64,000 bases of DNA. It comes from Paraspadella gotoi. Its lineage: Eukaryota > Animalia > Chaetognatha. The stretch lies in NCBI GenBank assembly GCA_051294375.1, contig CM119267.1:22755486-22819485 (forward strand), read 5' to 3'. Under the pieces are notes generated by a model. The model was not told the origin of the DNA. It saw only the letters and a list, made by a program, of their open reading frames with translations, and did not search any database. The position numbers and the translations under genes are program-made. Positions 39,989-64,000 of this stretch are shown piece by piece (positions within the stretch are counted from its first letter, which is position 1; the number at the start of each line of letters is the position of its first letter).

Positions 39989-42949
39989 TTATTGAACTTT
40001 ATGTTTAAACAAGAAATCTTAGTTTATTCCAAACTCTTTCTTTCCTTTTCCGAACCGATTCAAGGAGTCACAAAAAATGCCCATTTAACAATTTTCAAAA
40101 CGGTAATACCCAGCCAGCTCTCGCGCCCCCCATTTCCCCCTGGCAAAAAAAAAAAAAAAAGCAAAAGAAAGAAAAAAAAAACCGCTTCCTGCTTTTTTTT
40201 CGGTCGTGAAAAGTTTTAGCCGATCGGCGAACAAAGTTTTAGCCGATCGGTGAACTCATCACTTTTTTACCTTCCAGATCCCGGGTTTCGAAAAGAGGTT
40301 CAGGTCAACCCTGCCAAGGATCTTCGGGAACGACCCCACCCTTCTCGACCCTGGCATCTCTCTCTCTCTCTCTCTCTCTCCTCTCTCTCATCTCTCTCCT
40401 CTCTCTCTTCTCTCTCTCTCTCTCTCTCTCTCAATCTCTGTCTGTCTCTCTCTTCCCACTGCCTCTCCCCCCATCTCTCTCTCATCCCTTTCATTTAAAC
40501 ATCCTACTTCAGAGTCCTGAAAGAATATTTTAATTTAAAAAGAAAAAAACCTCCAAAATTTTGCCGCTAATTTTTATCAACTTTTTAAAATTTTTAATTT
40601 TTTTTTTCAAGAAGGAAGCTTAAAAGTTTAAAAGGAGTTTATGACCGTCATGTTTATGCATCAGTGTTGTACGACTTACCGTCGGTTTTACGACAAAAGT
40701 TGAGTCTGAGTTTGAACAGAATAAAAATAGGAAGCGGTTTTGACTCCTGCCTTCACAAAAGATTCCTTCGTTCCTTCTCGTTCACGTTCACCAACTCATC
40801 AACTCCGCTTATTTATCTGATTCCTCACAGCAGGAGGCCAGCCATGCCGCAACTGGGCATACCCCATTTCCCTCGATAATAAGTATTATCAAAAAAGCAG
40901 CTGCTCATTCTGCTTCGTCTCCTGGGATCGCGGTTGCTGTGGCTCCTGCGACTCCTGTATTTTGCTCCGGTTCCCTCGCTGACCCACTTTGACCAATTTC
41001 CAATATTCATACTTTCACTGCAGGACTTAATAGATCTTTAAATTAATTTCCCGAATGCAAACTTTTTAAAGTTAATCTAAAATTAAGATATCCATTTTTC
41101 TTTCCATTCCCATGCTTAACATTAAAGTTATGGTAAATTAATTTTTAAATTATCAAAAAATCTAATTGCTAAGTGTCGTTTTGTTTTCAAACCGATAAAA
41201 CCCCCCAAAAATTGTATTTTTATTTTAAACGTGTTAAACTTTTCGAAACATGACCGAGTTTTTAAATTTAATGGTGCAAACTTCTCTTTGAATTAAAAAA
41301 AAAAAAAAGAATTAGACGAAAAAGTTTTGGTATAAACTCATTATCACTACATCGAAATACGATGAAGATTTGAGGCTCATCTCTTAGTCAAGTTTTAAAT
41401 ACGTCTAGTAAACTATGTATCAGTGATCTCACGAATATCACGAATCACGAATTGGCTTAATCACGTTTCGAACCGATAAACCCCACCCCAAATTTATCCA
41501 GAACTAGATCATAGTATTATTTACGCAATCAATCCAAAATAAAGTAGTAATTGAAATTCCAATAGTTTCGTCTGCTCGCGGTTTAATTAAAACTCTAATT
41601 TTCTTCGCATAACTAAACCAAAAAAAAAAGTCAAATGACGTTCGTCCCGAATTTCGCCGAAATTCTTCCTTCGAATTCAATTAACGGATTTTAAGAATCA
41701 GAGTTTTTTTCACGTTTTTTTTTTTTTTAAATAATTTTTTTAAACGTTCTTTTACAAACCTCGACACAGAGATCCAGACATTCTTCAAGTCCTGAGCTAT
41801 TCATATAAATAAATAACTCAATCATACTTTTATAATCGACGCCCTGTTGGCGTGGTAACGCAGTTATTACCATTTCAAACTGCGCCCGGAAGAAATTTAA
41901 AAAATGTGAATATGTAAACGTGATTGTGAACGAAAACAAAAAGAAGAAATTCGCGCTCATTAGACTTGAGTTTTGCATCGGGACTTTGAGCAAAGTCCAA
42001 GTGACAGTGAGAAACGATTTGAGTGAAGGGAGAAAATGGGGGGGAGGCGTGATGGATTCACGTGTTTGGAAGAAAAGAGCGAAAAGAAAATATTAACTAT
42101 CGTTACAATAAAATATTAATTCATAAAACACGCTTTAAACATTGTTTAAAGTAGGGCGTGACAATGTCGTTCGCGTACATTTACCACATTAATCATTTAA
42201 CAATTAATAAACCGATTTAGTTTACAATAAACGACACAAGTACATTGTACAGTCTATCTCGTTTTCTTTTACTTTTTAGCGCAACGTTTCTCCCCAAAAT
42301 ATTGGGCGATAACAAATAAATAAACAATTAATTTAAAAAACTAACAAAAGAGCAACGAGAGACCTACCTGGTGACGAGGAGAGAGTTTCCGACGACGAAC
42401 GTCGACGACCGGAAGATGGCGTTCCGACTCCGAAGGCGGACGTCGACGCCCCGGAGATGATCGTCGACGCGGGATCCGGAAGTCCGCGATCCGCTTCGTC
42501 TTCGACGTCGTCGACACCGCGGAACACTCCGAGGGGGTCGACGACCGAAGAGTGGCGCCCATGAGGGACGGTGGGGGTGGTGGGGATGGGGGGGTAGAGT
42601 GGACGGAGGAAGTTCGTTTAAAGGGGGGAAAGTTGGGGGGGGGGTGTTTAGACGCCAGGCAAAAAGGGGGGGGATAGACGACGACGATTACGATGATCAA
42701 ATCGTCAGAGTTTCTTCGTTTTTTCTTTTCTAAATTAATTTGATTTAATATTATTCCGAAGGGTCGCGCGTTCGTAGGATGAATTTATTTTATTTTTTTT
42801 TCAGTAATTTTGTTTCAACGAGAAACTTTTGAGCCGCGTGAGACGGTAGTGACGATTGTCTTTTGTTCTTTGATCACAGATGGCGCCTTTCGGAGAAGTT
42901 TTCTTTTTTGAAAACAAATAAATAGTAAACAATAAGCTTCAGTAAATAC

Positions 42950-43101
42950 TGTAGTCGGGCATTGCATAAGTGCACCCCGGCTATAAGCATGATGCCTTCA
43001 GTCGTGTACGGCTGGATCATTGAGTAATATCATCAGCTCATGATCATGGTACCTACCCTGCGGGAAGCGTGAAGACATAGCGCTTTACACGCAATACTAC
43101 A
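42950..43101. mobile_element. Short (~150 bp) interspersed repeat with TGTAGT...ACTACA termini; duplicate at 33789-33936 and diverged relative at ~10009-10122
   Basis: Shared core tgtagtcgggcat.gc.taagt.caccccg.ctataag.atga...ttcagtcgtg...cattgagtaa...cat.agctcatg at an unrelated site (collagen intron). Confidence 0.6.
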
Positions 43102-44647
43102 TAGTCCTTTAAAATATTTTTATTTCTTATATACTTTATTAAAAGGTTCTTTTTATTTTTAAGCTGACTTAATTATGGAGATATTGAAATTTTAGTTATT
43201 TTTATTCTAATTTTTAATTTGCCTTTTCCCCTTTTCCCCCATTTTTTCAGCCCTTAGTCTTAAAGGAAAAAGTAAAGTTAAAGTTTTCCTTACCAAAAAC
43301 AGTAAAAAAATTTTGGGACGGTTTTTAAAGCGAGTTTATTTTGCTTAAATCAATTAACCGATAAAAAATGTCTCTCCCTTAGGAAAAGACAAAATAAAAA
43401 AATAAAAAAAAAAAACAGTTAACCTATGTCCTTTGCACACTTTTTGTTCTAAAATAAAAAAGTTAACAAACTAGTAAAAAAAAAATGCAAATAAACTTTA
43501 AAAAACACGGATTTTTTCCCTAAATTTTGTGAGGGAGCCTTCATTCCGTTAGCCTTCTTTTCAAAACATAAAAAAAAAATAAATAAAAAACAAAGAAAGA
43601 AAGAAAGAAAAAAGGAATTTGTTTTTCTTCCAACAAAGAAAGAAAAAACAATCACTTTTTGTTTACTTTTATTTTGTTTTAATCCTTTTTTTCGTCTTTT
43701 GGCGTTTGTACAGAATTCCTGACTACGAGAGGTCGCGCCGATCAGCGTCCGGCTCGCCGTCTTTTGTTTTTGTTCAAGTTTCGTTATGTTTATATTTCCT
43801 TGTTTACGTTTTCGGCGTCAGTCTCGCGGGGGCGTGGCATCTCCAGATCGATGACGATCATCCAACATCTTCGCGACGCCAAAGCCACCTGACGGCGAAT
43901 CGCTGGAAAAAATAAATGACCAAAAAGTGATATTTCCTTTAATTCTGAACTTAAAATTAACTAGGAAAAAGCGTCGTTTTTAAACAAAAAACTCATTGTT
44001 GATCCTCCAAATTCCATGGCGTTGTTTTTTGGTTGTTTTTTTTTTTTTAGACTAGAACAAAAAAACAAAACAAAAAAGCTTGCTTGCGTCAAAAAATCAG
44101 TCGAAACATGTTTTGCCTTTTCGATTTTTATCAAATCCAAAATAACGAGAGGAAAAAATCCAATGAAGGAAAAAAACAAGAAATAACTTAACATTGAAAA
44201 AAAAAAAAAGGAGATTCTTGGAAAAACATCTGAAATCCGCCTCCACAACAGAAGACGAGGGGAAAAAAATCTTTTTTGAAAGTGAAGATGGATTAAGAAA
44301 CCTTTTTGATCCGTGAGCAAATTGAAGGCAATAAGATTTGAGTGCTGGTTCATTTAAAAAATAAAATATAATTAAATGAAAGAATTGGATTAATGATAAC
44401 AAGTAATACGTTATAGACGGACCGGAATCTCGTTAGATTTTAAAATATATTTTTTAAAAAATTAGTTCTAGTCTGAAGTGAAAAAAAAAAGAATAAACAA
44501 AAAACAAGAGACAAAAAATATTTAAAAATTTTTAAAAATGACGAAGATGCGAAAATCAAACGACGCCGACGGTGATGAAAAAATAATAACAGAGAAGACA
44601 AACAAAATAACAACCACGATCTATTTGATTCCCTGAAGGTTTATTTC

Positions 44648-44708
<61 letters not shown>

Positions 44709-44997
44709 ATGTGGTTTTGACGCGCCAATTCTCCAAACATTTTCCGTCTTTGCAAAAGCAGAAAGCAGTTTGCAGTTGTTGTCATTCTCAAGCGAAAGCG
44801 CCGACAAAGGAGCCACACTCCGGATGTCGGCGGCGGTCCTTTTACTATTCCGTATATAATCAGAATTTGACGCGATTGCTCTTTTTTTTTCTGACGGGGT
44901 TATTAATCGCGCCGGTCGTCGTCGTTGTTGTTGTCGGTCGATAATCGACGCTCTCGTTCGCGAGATAAATCGCCAATCATCCTTGAGTGAGAGAGAA

Positions 44998-45030
<33 letters not shown>

Positions 45031-45857
45031 TGCACCCGAATGTCGATCGGACAGAAAAAAAACCCGGATGTAATAGGAAAAGATGGAGATGTGAGATGGA
45101 CGGTGAAAGAAGCGATCGAGTTGTCGAAGGTGATGTTGATGGCGTTAGTAAAACTCATTTGCGTAAATATAGAATTAAAAAATACAAATTTAAAAAAATA
45201 TAAAACGAATACGAAGCGGAAGATTTATTTTGTTCGTCGTTTATTTTTATTTTTTTAATAAAAAAGTCAAAAATTAATCGAATCTTTCGTTTTGATCGGA
45301 TCTTTCTATTAGCTCCCGCCCTCCACCCCCCCTCACCAACAATTTAACTTCGGTACAAAAAGGGTTTTTATGAATTGAAAGGTAAATTGTATATTTTTTT
45401 TTAACCTAAAAAGTTACACCATAGTCTTTTTAATTTTAGCACTGCTTCAGTCAGTATTTCTTAATTCTTTTTTCTCTTTTTCTCTCTATATCTCTCACTC
45501 TCTTTCGCTTCTAAAAAAATTAAATATTAAAAAAAACCAATAACTATTTTTATTTATTAAAAACCAATGCAAAAAAAATATTTAAAAAAAAAAACGCGTC
45601 GGAAATCGCGGGACGAAAGTTTCGCGTCGACGGACGAAGACGTCGACGAGACGATCCGGGGATCCTGGAGGGAGGAGGAGGAAGAGGAGGAAGAGGAAGA
45701 AGAAGAGGAGGGGGAGGAAGAAGAGGAAGAAGAAAAAGAAGAGGAGGGGGAGGAAGAAAGGGTGGAGAACGAGGATGAAGACGAGCAGTCATAAGTTTTC
45801 GGGCGAGGAATCTTCTTCAAAAGATGTACGAATGGGTTAAAAACGAAATCTTAAATG

Positions 45858-45907
<50 letters not shown>

Positions 45908-47611
45908 CCTCGGACCACTTGAGGGGGAAAACGGTGAACACCTCGCGTAACTTTCGAATCCGAGACGATCCAGTGTTTTTAATCCCAAAGGAAAACAAAT
46001 ATAGAGATAAATTCTTGGTATAAAGGTTTCAAATTTTCTAATTCATTGGTAACCGAGGAGACTTTAAACTCCCAACACCTCTTTTCTCGTAACTGATGGC
46101 AAGGGTGGTTTCAGTTGTGAGTGACGACTCACTCTCAAAAATTACGAAATATCTATCTGCAAATTCTAAATTGGATGAAAAATTCCTATATTTTTCTATA
46201 ACTAGCAGTTAGTAAAAAAAATTACTTTCTCCCTATACTACAGAAACTTTTGATACAAATAGTCGCCGAAGTTTCCCAGAAAGAATCTATTTACAGCAAT
46301 CTTTTGACAAACATTGAAAATAGAACAAATATAAGTACAAAAAATACATCTTTTCGCGCAACTCAATTAGGCTATGATTGGCGATTGAATGAAAAATAGA
46401 CTAAATTTCTCAATTATACATTAGTTCAAAGGTGGCAAGACGCAAAAAGCAAGAGCGAATTAAACAGAGTTCTTGTTTTTTGGGGGATTTTAATCGATCA
46501 AGAAAAAAAACCTCGCTAGTATATAATTTGTTCAAAAACACAATCCAAATTTATACTAAAAATGGTAATGTAAAATATACAAGAATTCTAAAAACATTAA
46601 GCAAAATGGCGGCACTTATAGCTGTAAATTTAAACACGCTAAATAAAAAGGTTAAATACATATATGTATAAAATATTTTACATAAGTCTATCCATGCCTG
46701 AATAATATGGATAATTGCACGAATGGCCCATTTTTAAAATAAAGTTTTTTTCAAGAAAGGATGCTCAGAAACACGGATGTCTCATCCGACAATGGAAAAT
46801 AATAATAATGTATGTATATTGTATTAAAAAACAGCAGTAGAAGGCAAGTTGGTGGGTTAATATAATCAAACCATGAACGTCAAAACAAATCTCTTTCGCA
46901 ATGTATCATGATAAATTTTTGATTTTAGAACCAAAAACGGGGGGAAAAAAACAACAAAAAAAAACTGAAAACGAAGTGGATGCAAATTTAAGGAAATGAT
47001 TAGATAATGATTAAAATATGATAAAACATAATTAAATACTAATTTTCTGGAAACAGAACTGAATTTCATCGCTCATTGCGAAACAGTGCTGAGCAAATTA
47101 TAATCAACTTCTTTCAAAAAAAGTTTAACTACTTTTTTTCTTAAAATACACCGCTTCAACTGGTACAGACACAAAAAAAACAAAAAAAAAAAAAAAACGA
47201 AAGCAGGAAAGGAAAATATTTAAATTCAAAAAGTTATAAAACAGAGTAAATTTCGAATTAAATTAAGATTTGATGAGTTCATTGATGACGCGAAAATAGA
47301 AGAGAATAACTGACTTAGCTGTAGCATAGTAGTGGTTTCCGTATATATCTCTCTTCAGTTTCAATACTGATTATAACTTAAGCCCATGAAAGTCATTGGT
47401 TCGATCCTACTCTCGTTAAATTTCCTTCAATGCGCCTCTGTGTTCTTTTGTTCGTCTTAATTTCTTTGTCTGCAGGCAGAGGAATAATTTGTGTTTGATT
47501 TCTCTCGTCTCTTTCCCGCGATCGAAACGAACAAAAGAACACGGGAATTAAAAGGGCGCGAATTAAGGACATAAAGAAATAACCCTTCCCATCCTCTTCC
47601 CCACCCTCTCT

Positions 47612-63726
<16,115 letters not shown>

Positions 63727-64000
63727 CTGGCGAAGAGATCGAGAGCATTAATAAGGTTAAAAAATACGAGACATGGAATCGTACGTATAACTGTAATAAG
63801 TGTATAATAGTGTATAATGTATAATGTATACTGTATATATGTTCGGAAAGTTTTTTTTTCCATTCTATTTGTATTTAATAGAATTGGCCATCTTTCTTCA
63901 TTTTATGAGGAACATAAAGAGCGGATGGCATCTCGCCACCGTCGAGTCGCCACCCGTCGAGTTGGGATATATTGAATTTTAATTGAAAGATAAATTCTGA

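Overview
Metazoan genomic DNA with GC-rich exons, AT-rich and microsatellite-rich introns, and four N gaps. All identifiable genes are on the minus strand. (1) 47612-63726: the linker and entire rod of talin in 33 traceable GT-AG exons; the FERM head lies beyond the right edge. The R9 bundle carries an unusual insertion of about 45-50 aa. (2) 340-12585: a FACIT-type collagen (IX/XXI/XXII-like NC2, COL1 imperfections, terminal KGP). Its N-terminus appears to hold six tandem TSPN/LamG domains, and its whole triple helix plus four TSPN domains sit in one 4.9-kb exon. (3) About 24.0-29.4 kb: a near full-length, frameshifted Jockey/I-group-like non-LTR retrotransposon. (4) About 30.3-48.3 kb: a 9-kb tandem duplication that, like several smaller duplications next to 25-N gaps, looks like noisy long-read gap filling rather than biology. 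It contains GC-rich exon-like islands of a possible unidentified gene. All exon boundaries and homologies were read by eye; no searches were run.
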